Translations under genes and position numbers: made by a program
From: Nibricoccus sp.
GTDB lineage: Bacteria > Verrucomicrobiota > Verrucomicrobiia > Opitutales > Opitutaceae
DNA: 64,000 nt
Assembly: GCA_047602425.1 (NCBI GenBank)
Contig: JASGHG010000001.1
Location: 5,056,001 to 5,120,000, forward strand
Reading direction: 5' to 3'
Shown here: positions 1 to 8,003 of the stretch, piece by piece
Layout of the letters: every line of letters begins with the position of its first letter
Position numbering within the stretch: the first letter of the stretch is position 1
The notes under the pieces: generated by a model
Databases searched by the model: none
Seen by the model: only the letters and a program-made list of their open reading frames with translations
Told to the model about the DNA's origin: nothing

Positions 1-90
1 GGGGATTTATGGCAGCTTTCGATGGGTCGGGAGGCCGACACATTCGCCTGCAATTGTCCACCGTAGCAAAATCGGTGCGCCTGGTTCGGC

Positions 91-330
91 TCAGATGGGA
101 TCGTCACTCAGATTACGAATGCTAGCACCGAAAGCCTCTAATCCATGCTCGGTGATAAGCTTCTGGACCATCTTTAATTCGACCAAGTCGTTGGAAGCAT
201 CGGCAACAGCATCTTCATCAGGCGAGCGCTCCACAATCTCACGCAAACGCTGCTCCTGCCCAAGCAAAGCCTTGAGCACGATTTTCGTCTGCCACTCCAG
301 CAGCTCGATGTTTGTGGTCCGGTTAGTCAT
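91..330 (-). CDS. Small acidic helical protein; candidate Tsi2-like immunity/antitoxin
   Basis: 79 aa, acidic, predicted helical hairpin; start overlaps the stop of the upstream ART-like gene (ATGA at 330-327). Confidence 0.6.
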   Translation of the reverse strand: MTNRTTNIELLEWQTKIVLKALLGQEQRLREIVERSPDEDAVADASNDLVELKMVQKLITEHGLEAFGASIRNLSDDPI

Positions 331-701
331 AGTGCTAGGTCAACCTTGAACGCCTTTTGCGCTCTAAGCGCAAGCTCCTCAAGCAGCCCTTTATACTTGG
401 CCAGCGGCATCTCCAGCGTTGGCACCATCATAAAATGCCCTTGGGCATCATTGAATACCTTCAATCCCATCGGAACAAAAGTGTCCGCGGCAAATTTCCA
501 CGCCCACCCCGTCAAACCTGCTTCCTTTAGTCCGTTGGCGTCATAAAGGCTGATTCCTTTGTTGTTGGCTCGAATCATCAGCACGCCGTTGCGATCATAA
601 GTATCAATTTCGCTCGACCGTATGTGGCTCAATCGTGGACCTGACGAATTGCCGATGCGATACAGTTCCTCCGGAATTATATAGAATTCTCTTGGGTACA
701 T
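327..701 (-). CDS. Tse2-family ADP-ribosyltransferase-like toxin
   Basis: Ordered motifs LYR(R15)...GISLYD(S51)...VPMGLKVFND..GH(H89)FMMVP..M match the Tse2 R-S-H pattern (LYR..GTSVFD..IPPDLKV..HYTIMP..M). Confidence 0.7.
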   Translation of the reverse strand: MYPREFYIIPEELYRIGNSSGPRLSHIRSSEIDTYDRNGVLMIRANNKGISLYDANGLKEAGLTGWAWKFAADTFVPMGLKVFNDAQGHFMMVPTLEMPLAKYKGLLEELALRAQKAFKVDLAL

Positions 702-740
702 ATTTGTTTGTTTTGGATGTTAGGTTGACGGTCAAAATTT

Positions 741-803
741 GACGAACCGAGCTCCACCGCCTGCGCCAACGTGAATTGCATGGAGTGCAGAATCCGGTTC
801 GGC
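741..803 (-). other. Degenerate attC-like site
   Basis: Minus strand reads GCCGAAC(803-797)...GAGCTCG GTTCGTC(747-741); ends complementary at 6/7 positions; lies just upstream of the toxin gene. Confidence 0.4.
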
Positions 804-871
804 ATGGACTGGTCAACTCCCTTTTCCGCAATGCATATTTTTGGCACTAATAATGTGATTTTTTACGTCCG

Positions 872-994
872 CTAGGAGCATTTCCTCCAGCGATTTGGTT
901 GCGTTATAAGCCATAGCGGACGAAGCCGGTAGTTAATACCGATTCAACCATCCTACCGTTTTTGACGGGGATAGCGGCGTAAATTTGCTCCTAC
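872..994. repeat. Degenerate GTAG-type REP doublet
   Basis: ctaggagca... and ...gcggcgtaaatttgctcctaca resemble the intact element at 2888-2959. Confidence 0.5.
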
Positions 995-1014
995 AGTTTG
1001 ATCGAATGATCGTT

Positions 1015-1119
1015 GGTGGAGCGGCTTGACTCAAGACGCTGGTTTTAAATCGCGCCATCAAACCAACGCGTTGAGGTCTACCGAGCCGCAGGCGACATCA
1101 GACACGCGTTCCACCTCGG
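1015..1119. repeat. GTGG-type palindromic REP doublet
   Basis: ggtggagcggcttgactcaagacgctggtt...aaccaacgcgttgaggtct...agacacgcgttccacc; near-identical copy at 6109-6214. Confidence 0.8.
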
Positions 1120-1254
1120 AGGAAAAATTTCCTGCGAGCGTGTTCCCACCGAAATTGGAATCCGGTATCTTTCCCTCCTTTCCCCCGTGCCTTCTCCAAC
1201 CCAAAGCCCGCCTGCGCGAGGGGCGCGGGCGGGCGGATGAGGATGGGTTTGGGT

Positions 1255-1926
1255 TTAGTTCGCGGAGGACGAGGGCGGAGTTGGCGGCTCGGACTTCTTC
1301 CGACGCGGGGCGCGTTCGGTATGGCTCGCGGTTTCCCAGGCGGCGATTTTCGCGGGCTGGTTTTTGTAGCGGTTGCGCACCGAGGTATCCAGGCTTTCCA
1401 CCAGATCCTTGCCGCGGGCGATGGCCAGACCGATCGCAGCGGTGTTTTCCACGCCTTCCGCGTTGTCGCTGGCGGTCTCGCTGTTTGCGTCGCCGATCTG
1501 CTGGACCAACGATTCCAGCTCCGTGATAATGTCCGCCGACATTTCGTAGGCCACGAATTTCGCCAGTCGGCCTTCGACCTTGAGTTCGCCGATCATTTTG
1601 AGCGCGGCCGCCAGGACTGCCGTCTGCGCGCTGTTGGCGGGCATGCGGAATTTGTCGGCCATGCCTGGTTCCTTCTTGTCGATTTCGCGGGCTGTACGGG
1701 CGAGATTTTTCATCTCGGCACGCAAGCTCGCGAGCTTGACTGCCTTCAGCGAAGTGCTGCCGCCTTTTTGCTCCCCGATGATTTGGTTGATTTCGGAAAT
1801 CACGCCTCCAACGGCTGCGAAATTCGCCGTCGCCAGGCTTCCGGGGGCAAAATCGGCCGCGTTGTCCTGCCCGTAGGTGGCCACCTGGCCAAACATATTG
1901 TAGCTTCTTACATGTTTATCATTCAT
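1255..1926 (-). CDS. Hypothetical all-alpha protein (223 aa)
   Basis: Long ORF with typical codon usage, amphipathic helices, W near the C-terminus, basic/Pro-rich tail. Confidence 0.8.
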   Translation of the reverse strand: MNDKHVRSYNMFGQVATYGQDNAADFAPGSLATANFAAVGGVISEINQIIGEQKGGSTSLKAVKLASLRAEMKNLARTAREIDKKEPGMADKFRMPANSAQTAVLAAALKMIGELKVEGRLAKFVAYEMSADIITELESLVQQIGDANSETASDNAEGVENTAAIGLAIARGKDLVESLDTSVRNRYKNQPAKIAAWETASHTERAPRRKKSEPPTPPSSSAN

Positions 1927-2408
1927 TTTCGTGTCGGTTGGTGTTGTGGCCCGCGTATTTGATGCGCCTCCCGCCGGACCTTTTCGAGAAGTGGTCGCGT
2001 GTATGCAGATCCACCCCGGTCAAAACAAGCCGAACTATCTACAATCCTCCATTTGACGCGGATTTTAAATTTTTTTGATGGTTTTAATCTCCGTTTTTGC
2101 ATCTGTCTTGCGGTTGTTTACCGCTATTGTTTGGTTTTTGCGTTTATTGAGGCTCGCGCGACGAATGGATATCCATGGAACTGCGAGGCGGAGCGTGACG
2201 TCCTCGGCGCGCTGGTTCGGGTGCTACGCGTAACTATCTGCGACGTTGCATCACCGCGTAGGGACACCGCGGTTCACCCGGGTCAGGCGACTACACGAGC
2301 CAAACAAGATTCTGTTTTTTGCCGTGCCACTTTCCTCTCGCGGATCTGACCGAGCCGAACGGTCATGCAGATACAGCCCGTCGAGCAGCATTGCGGAGCA
2401 AGCACCCG

Positions 2409-2829
2409 CCGGTGTACGTCTTTTGAGTGAGCGGCGTGGGCCAAAAGGTGCTTGGCACACGGTTTTGGCCATCGGCGCACAACTTTGGGCCGCCGGCGGA
2501 CTTCAAATCCTCATCGGTGCCCAGCTTTTGCTCATTGGCGCGAGCTAAAGGGTCGGCGGCGCAGACTTTTTGCTCATCGTTGCACGTAATAGGGACGTCG
2601 GTGCACGACCTTTTGTCAGCGAAACCACACTTCTGGTCGTTGGTGCACGCGAAATGGTCATGTGACGCAACCTTACGCCAGGCGGAACGCACCTTGGTTG
2701 CATCTGCCGCCACTGCGGGTGCGTCGGTGCATGCAAAATAGTCGGGGGTGCACAACATCGGGGCGATCTGACGCGACATTGGGCGCATCGGTGCAGACCA
2801 AATGGGCTTCGGTGCAGCACTTCGGAGCG
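2409..2829. repeat. Degenerate 21-bp tandem array (~20 units)
   Basis: Units start every 21 bp (2409, 2430 ... 2745, 2766, then 2788 and 2809 after a +1 slip); consensus about TCGGTGCAC-n3-ttttg-g-TCR. Confidence 0.85.
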
Positions 2830-2887
2830 GTTAAAAATACAGTGGGAACCGCTGATTTTCGCTAATGGCCGCTAATATCAGACCGGC

Positions 2888-2959
2888 TGTAGGAGCGGGT
2901 TTATCCCGCGATGGATTTAAGTGGCGAGAGATTCATCGCGGCGTAAAGCCGCTCCTACA
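2888..2959. repeat. GTAG-type REP doublet
   Basis: tgtaggagcgggtttatcccgcgat...atcgcggcgtaaagccgctcctaca; half copies near 3539, 3777 and 9794. Confidence 0.85.
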
Positions 2960-2995
2960 GTTTCGGTCGAACGATCGTTGGTGGAGCGGCTTGAC

Positions 2996-3345
2996 CTCAA
3001 GACGCTGGTTTGGGCAGATGTCGTTTGGTCGCATCAAAACAGCAGGTAGGGTCGGACCGCCGGGCCGACCGTCAACGTCGCCCGCGTTTGGCCCTCGCAC
3101 AACCGGACGGCAAGGCTGGCCGTCCCTACCCTTCAAACATCGGCAACGTCCGAAGCGCGTTGAGACCCTCAAGACGCTGGTTCGTGCAGACGTCGTTTGG
3201 TCGCATCAAAACAGCAGGTAGGGTCGGACCGCCGGGCCGACCGTCAACGTCGCCCGCGTTTGGCCCTCGCACAACCGGACGGCCAAGGCTGGCCGTCCCT
3301 ACCCTTCAAACATCGGCAACGTCCGAAGCACGTTGAGACCCTCAA
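2996..3345. repeat. Tandem duplication with 172-bp period containing a ggtagggtc...gtccctacc REP doublet
   Basis: gtttggtcgcatcaaaacagcaggtagg occurs at 3023 and 3195. Confidence 0.9.
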
Positions 3346-3394
3346 GACTCTGGTTTGAGTGAATCCCACGCAAAATGTCGTTGATGTCGAACCA

Positions 3395-3845
3395 ACGCGT
3401 TCCACCTAGGAATATGATGCAGCCACACATCAGTGCCCACTAGTGAATATCAGTGGTTGAAAAATTCCGTAGACTTTTCCTCGTTAGCGTCAATTAGCGC
3501 AAATGAGCGGTTCAACTATTCCGTCGTTTTTCCGGAAATCGCGGCGTAAAGCCGCTCCTACAGTATCGGACAAAAACGATCTTCGGTCGAATCAACGCGT
3601 TGGGGTCTACCAAGCCGCAGGCGACATCAGACACGCGTTCCACCTAGGAATATGATGCAGCCACACATCAGTGCCCATTAGTGAATATCAGTGGTTGAAA
3701 AATTCCGTAGACTTTTCCTCGTTAGCGTCAATTAGCGCAAATGAGCGGTTCAACTATTCCGTCGTTTTTCCGGAAATCGCGGCGTAAAGCCGCTCCTACA
3801 GTATCGGACAAAAACGATCTTCGGTCGAACCAACGCGTTGAGGCT
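3395..3845. repeat. Tandem duplication with 238-bp period of a mosaic repeat unit
   Basis: acgcgttccacctaggaatatgatgcagcc occurs at 3395 and 3633; unit holds 10-bp-period motifs (attagcg/atcagtg) and a GTAG half-REP. Confidence 0.9.
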
Positions 3846-3916
3846 CCACATTAGCGCCAATTAGCGCAAATTAGCGGTTAAATAATTCCGTCGGTTTGAT
3901 GGAAATCGCCGCGGCT

Positions 3917-5779
3917 TTAAGGCGCTTTGGCGGGGGCGGTGAGTTTTTTGCCGTCGGTCGCTGCGGTGGGGCCGGACGCGGAGGGCTCGACCGTCGCGGA
4001 GGTCAAACGGTGTTTCAGCTCGGCGTTTTCGCTGGCGATGGTGGCGAGCTGGCTTTGCGCCTGTTGAAGTTGTTCGCGCATGCTGGCGAGTTGGGCCGCC
4101 TTGAGGTCCGCGATTTCCTTGGCCAGGTCCGCATTGATGGCAGTGACGATCGCACCGCTCGTTTCGACGGTCTTCAGACGCTTGTTGAGTGCGTCCATTT
4201 GCTCACGCGCGTCGTTCGCGGCTTTGAGCGATTGGGCGAGCACCAGGTCCTTTTCGGCGGTGAGTTTTTGGATCTTGGCAGTAAGTTCGTTGTTGGCCGT
4301 GCGCAGGGCGGCCACGTCGGTGCCGGTCTTGGCGGATTGCGAGGAGGCTTCGGCAAGCTTGTTTTGGGTGCTGAGCAGTTCGGCTTTCGCTTCGGCGAGC
4401 TTCTTTTCGTAGGTGGCGAGTTGGGCGGCCAATTCGGCGGCGGTCTCTTTGTTCTGGTTCGCCAGGCGTTGGTTTTCGGCGGTCAGCTCTTTCAGGCTGG
4501 ACTCGGCCTTGGCCAGTTCGCTCTCGGTCGTTTTCAAACGGGTTTTCGCGGCGGTGAGTTCCGCGCCGGTTTCTTTTGCGGCGCCGCCGGCCGTCTCCAT
4601 CTGCTTTTTGAGCGAGTTGCGTTCCTTTTCAAGTTTCGCGGACTCCGCTTTCAGTTCGGCGATTTCCTCGGAATTTTTCGCGACCAGCGCGGTGCGCTCG
4701 GCCGTGGCCTTGGACATCGCCTGTTCCATTTTCTTCAGGCTGGCGGTAAGCGTTTCCACCTGTTCGCGCGCTTCGTTTGCGGCTTTGTCCGACTGCGCGA
4801 GCGCCTGGTCTTTTTCCTTGGCGAGTTTTTGTAGCTTGGCGTTGAGTTCGGTGTTGGCCGTGCGCAGGGCGGCGACGTCGGTGCCGGCTTTGGCGGATTG
4901 CGTGGAAGCTTCGGCGAGTTTGCCCTCGACGGTGCGGAGTTCGGCTTTCGCTTCGGCGAGCTTTTTCTCGTAAGCGGCCAGTTTCTCGGCCAGCGCGGCG
5001 GCGGTTTCTTTGTGCTGGTTCGTCAGGCGCTGGTTTTCCGCGCTCAGTTCCTTGCGGCTGGACTCGGATTTCGCGAGGTCGGTTTCGACGGACTTGAGCC
5101 GGGCGTTGGCGGCGTCGAGATCGGCGGCGAGCGTGGCCTTGGACTCTTTTGAGGAGTTGCTGGCGTCGGCGATCTGCTGCTTGAGGGCATTGCGCTCGCC
5201 CTCGAAGTTGGCGGCGGCGGCGCGCAGGTTGGAAATTTCGTTGGTGTATTTGGCGACGGTGGCGGCGAGTTCGTCGCGCTCGGCCTTCAATTTGTCGAGG
5301 GTGACCTGTTGGGTTTTTTCGAGCTCGGTCTTGAGCTGCTGGGTTTCTTTTTTCGCGGCGGTGAGATCGGCGCCGGTTTTGGCGAGCTCGTCCTTGATGG
5401 CGGTGTTGTCTGGTTTGCCTGCTGCGGCGACAGAGGGATTGCGGGCGGCGAATTCGGCGCGGCGCTGTTCGAGGAGTTTTTTTCCATCGGCGAGCTGGTC
5501 GGGCGTCAACTGGTTGGTGACGATCTTGTAGGCTTTGCCCGGCGCGCCGTTTTCGGCGGCGAGCGTGAACCAGACGTAGGCTTCGATGATACTGGACTGC
5601 GCCTCCTGGGGATTGGCGTACGCGAGGGCGAGATCGTATTGCGCGGCGCTGTCGCCCGCTTCGGCTTTGGCGCGCAGCTCGGCGAATCTTTCACCGCTGA
5701 TGGCGCGGGCGGGCAGAAGAGCCACGGTGGTGGCAAGACTGCCAAGGAGAAGGCATTTCACGAAACGATGGATATTCAT
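3917..5779 (-). CDS. Secreted SEL1-repeat protein with long coiled coil
   Basis: Signal peptide (MNIHRFVKCLLLG...ARA), SEL1 motif AEAGDSAAQYDLALAY...EAYVWFTLAAENG, long heptad region; ATG at 5779 preferred. Confidence 0.8.
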   Translation of the reverse strand: MNIHRFVKCLLLGSLATTVALLPARAISGERFAELRAKAEAGDSAAQYDLALAYANPQEAQSSIIEAYVWFTLAAENGAPGKAYKIVTNQLTPDQLADGKKLLEQRRAEFAARNPSVAAAGKPDNTAIKDELAKTGADLTAAKKETQQLKTELEKTQQVTLDKLKAERDELAATVAKYTNEISNLRAAAANFEGERNALKQQIADASNSSKESKATLAADLDAANARLKSVETDLAKSESSRKELSAENQRLTNQHKETAAALAEKLAAYEKKLAEAKAELRTVEGKLAEASTQSAKAGTDVAALRTANTELNAKLQKLAKEKDQALAQSDKAANEAREQVETLTASLKKMEQAMSKATAERTALVAKNSEEIAELKAESAKLEKERNSLKKQMETAGGAAKETGAELTAAKTRLKTTESELAKAESSLKELTAENQRLANQNKETAAELAAQLATYEKKLAEAKAELLSTQNKLAEASSQSAKTGTDVAALRTANNELTAKIQKLTAEKDLVLAQSLKAANDAREQMDALNKRLKTVETSGAIVTAINADLAKEIADLKAAQLASMREQLQQAQSQLATIASENAELKHRLTSATVEPSASGPTAATDGKKLTAPAKAP

Positions 5780-6108
5780 ACCGCGGGATCGGTTGAGCGA
5801 AAGATAAGGCCACAAACTCAAGCTGAATATCTGTAATCGGACCGCAGATGGAGACGATTAAGGCCATTTAACCGCGGCGATGTCGGCCGATCGGCGTAGT
5901 GGCTGGTTTCGAGTTACATACGCGGTTGCAATTGTAAAAGTGGTGCAGAGAGCGGGCGTGTGAGAATACGCGGTGAGCACGGGGCGAGTCGCCGGGTTGC
6001 TGAAGCGACGTCAAGGTCAGTACGTTTTGAAGATAGCGTGAATCAAACCAGCGGGCGGTTCGAACCGATTCAGCGGGCGGGCCCGCAGCACGGATGTTCT
6101 GCTATCTT

Positions 6109-6214
6109 CGGTGGAGCGGCTTGACTCAAGACGCTGGTTTGAAAATCGCGCAGTCGAACCAACGCGTTGAGGTCTACCGAACCAGAGCGACATCAGACAC
6201 GCGTTCCACCTCGG
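6109..6214. repeat. GTGG-type REP doublet
   Basis: Copy of 1015-1119. Confidence 0.8.
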
Positions 6215-6314
6215 AGTGCGATCATTCCATTTGCCCCTTCCGCCCAACTGCCCTCCGCTCCTAGCGTTTTATTGTGCGGTTTTAAATTCGGTGCCGTCTG
6301 TTATAACAAAAGCC

Positions 6315-7907
6315 ATGATCGACGATGCTCAGTGCCTGCACAACTACGCCACGACGCGAAACCAAGAGGCTTTTGCCGATTTCGTGCATCGTAATCTGCG
6401 CTTGGTTTACTCGGCGGCGCTACGTCAAACCCGTGGCGACGCGCATCTCGCCCAGGATGTCACGCAGGTTGTGTTCACAGCCGCGGCGCAGCACGCGAAA
6501 GCTCTCGCAGGCCACCCCGTCATCGCCGCGTGGCTTCACCAAACCACGCGCAACGCCGCCATCGACGCGATCCGCTCCCAACAACGCCGTCAGGCTCGCG
6601 AGGAGGCGGTCGGCAAGATGAATCCCACCACAACCGAATCTGACGAAGCGCCCGATTGGGACAAAATCAGTCCGGAGCTGGACAAGATCGTCGCGTCATT
6701 GAAAGCCGAGGATCGCAATGCCATCGTCCTGCGCTTCTTTGGCGAAAAATCTTTTGCCGAAATCGGCCAGCAACTGGAGCTGAGCGAAAACGCCGCCCGC
6801 ATGCGCGTGGACCGCGCCTTGGAGAAGATGCGGCTTTCGCTTTCGCGCAAAGGCGTCGTCTCAAGCGCCGCAGCCCTCGGCATGATCCTCGCAGCCAAAA
6901 CCGCCGTCGCTGCACCCGCGGGCCTGGGCGCCGCCACCGTCACCGCCGCGCTGAGCGCACCTGCTGCCACCGGCCTCGCCACTTTTCTAGGAGCCATCAA
7001 AATCATGAGTACCGCAAAAATCACCGCAGGCGTCTCCACTGTCATCGCCATCGTCAGCGTAGCCACCGCGATCCACCAATATCAAAACGCCCGCGCCGCC
7101 GAACAGGCCTTGCTCGATCTGCAAAACTCAATGCGCGCCGCACGCGCCCAGACGACCGCACCAAAACCGACAGCAGAACCAGCGGCTTCCAATGCCGATC
7201 AAACTGCCAAGCCCAACGTCGCCACCGCACAACCCGCCGCCAGCGCCCAGGCGAACAATCCCCTTTCGCCCGTGCTCCAGTTGCTGACGAATCCGGCCAT
7301 CCAAGCCCAGTCGAACATGCTGACGAAGATCCGGCTGGACAGCCAGTTTGGCCCGCTCTTCAAACAGCTCGGATTCAAGCCGGCGCAGCTTGAGCAATTT
7401 AAAAACCTGATCGTGGAAAAACAAATGGTGGCCTTCGACAGCATCACGGCCGCCAATGAACAGGGAATCAACCCGTTCATGAATCCCAAGGGTTTCTTTC
7501 AAGTGGTTAGCGCAGCCGAGAAGACGGTCGACACCCAAATCGCGAACCTGCTGGGCGAGGACGGTTTCAAGCAGTTTAATGCCTACCAGGAAACGGTACC
7601 GGCACGAAATACGGTGAATTATATGATTCAGGCGCTGAGCTTCACCGACGCACCTCTCAGTGCGGAACAAGCCGAGCGTGTTGTCCAAACCCTCGCGACT
7701 CAGGGGACGGCGGCGATCCCGCCGATGAGTCCGTTTGCCGTGCTCAATTCGGACCTGGGAGTGATCAAGCTCAGCGAACAAGGCCGGACCCAACTCCAAG
7801 GCGTGCTCTCCGAACAACAGATGCGCGTGTTGGATGAAAAATTACAACAGCAGCAGCAACTCTACGAAATCCGCACCCGCATCGGCCACCCGGAGAAAGC
7901 CAAGTAG
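6315..7907 (+). CDS. ECF sigma-70 factor with TM helix and C-terminal extension
   Basis: Region 2 AQDVTQVVF..AWLHQTTRN, region 4 LRFFGEKSFAEIG..ENAARMRVDRALEK, then Ala-rich linker, hydrophobic helix and C-terminal domain. Confidence 0.9.
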   Translation: MIDDAQCLHNYATTRNQEAFADFVHRNLRLVYSAALRQTRGDAHLAQDVTQVVFTAAAQHAKALAGHPVIAAWLHQTTRNAAIDAIRSQQRRQAREEAVGKMNPTTTESDEAPDWDKISPELDKIVASLKAEDRNAIVLRFFGEKSFAEIGQQLELSENAARMRVDRALEKMRLSLSRKGVVSSAAALGMILAAKTAVAAPAGLGAATVTAALSAPAATGLATFLGAIKIMSTAKITAGVSTVIAIVSVATAIHQYQNARAAEQALLDLQNSMRAARAQTTAPKPTAEPAASNADQTAKPNVATAQPAASAQANNPLSPVLQLLTNPAIQAQSNMLTKIRLDSQFGPLFKQLGFKPAQLEQFKNLIVEKQMVAFDSITAANEQGINPFMNPKGFFQVVSAAEKTVDTQIANLLGEDGFKQFNAYQETVPARNTVNYMIQALSFTDAPLSAEQAERVVQTLATQGTAAIPPMSPFAVLNSDLGVIKLSEQGRTQLQGVLSEQQMRVLDEKLQQQQQLYEIRTRIGHPEKAK

Positions 7908-8003
7908 TTCGGCTCTATTACAACGAAGCGATTTGTCCAAACCCGGCGACGACGGCGCGTCGCCCTCCAGGCGTTTTTCCCGCAGTTCTGTGTTCGATCC
8001 AAA

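Noticed and set aside
1999..3336. Short ORFs in the array and REP region as real genes
   Set aside because: They overlap repeats, lack recognisable motifs and differ by frame; only the heptad reading is kept as a hypothesis
2409..3890. CRISPR array
   Set aside because: No identical repeats alternating with unique ~30-nt spacers; duplicated units are near-identical throughout; no cas genes
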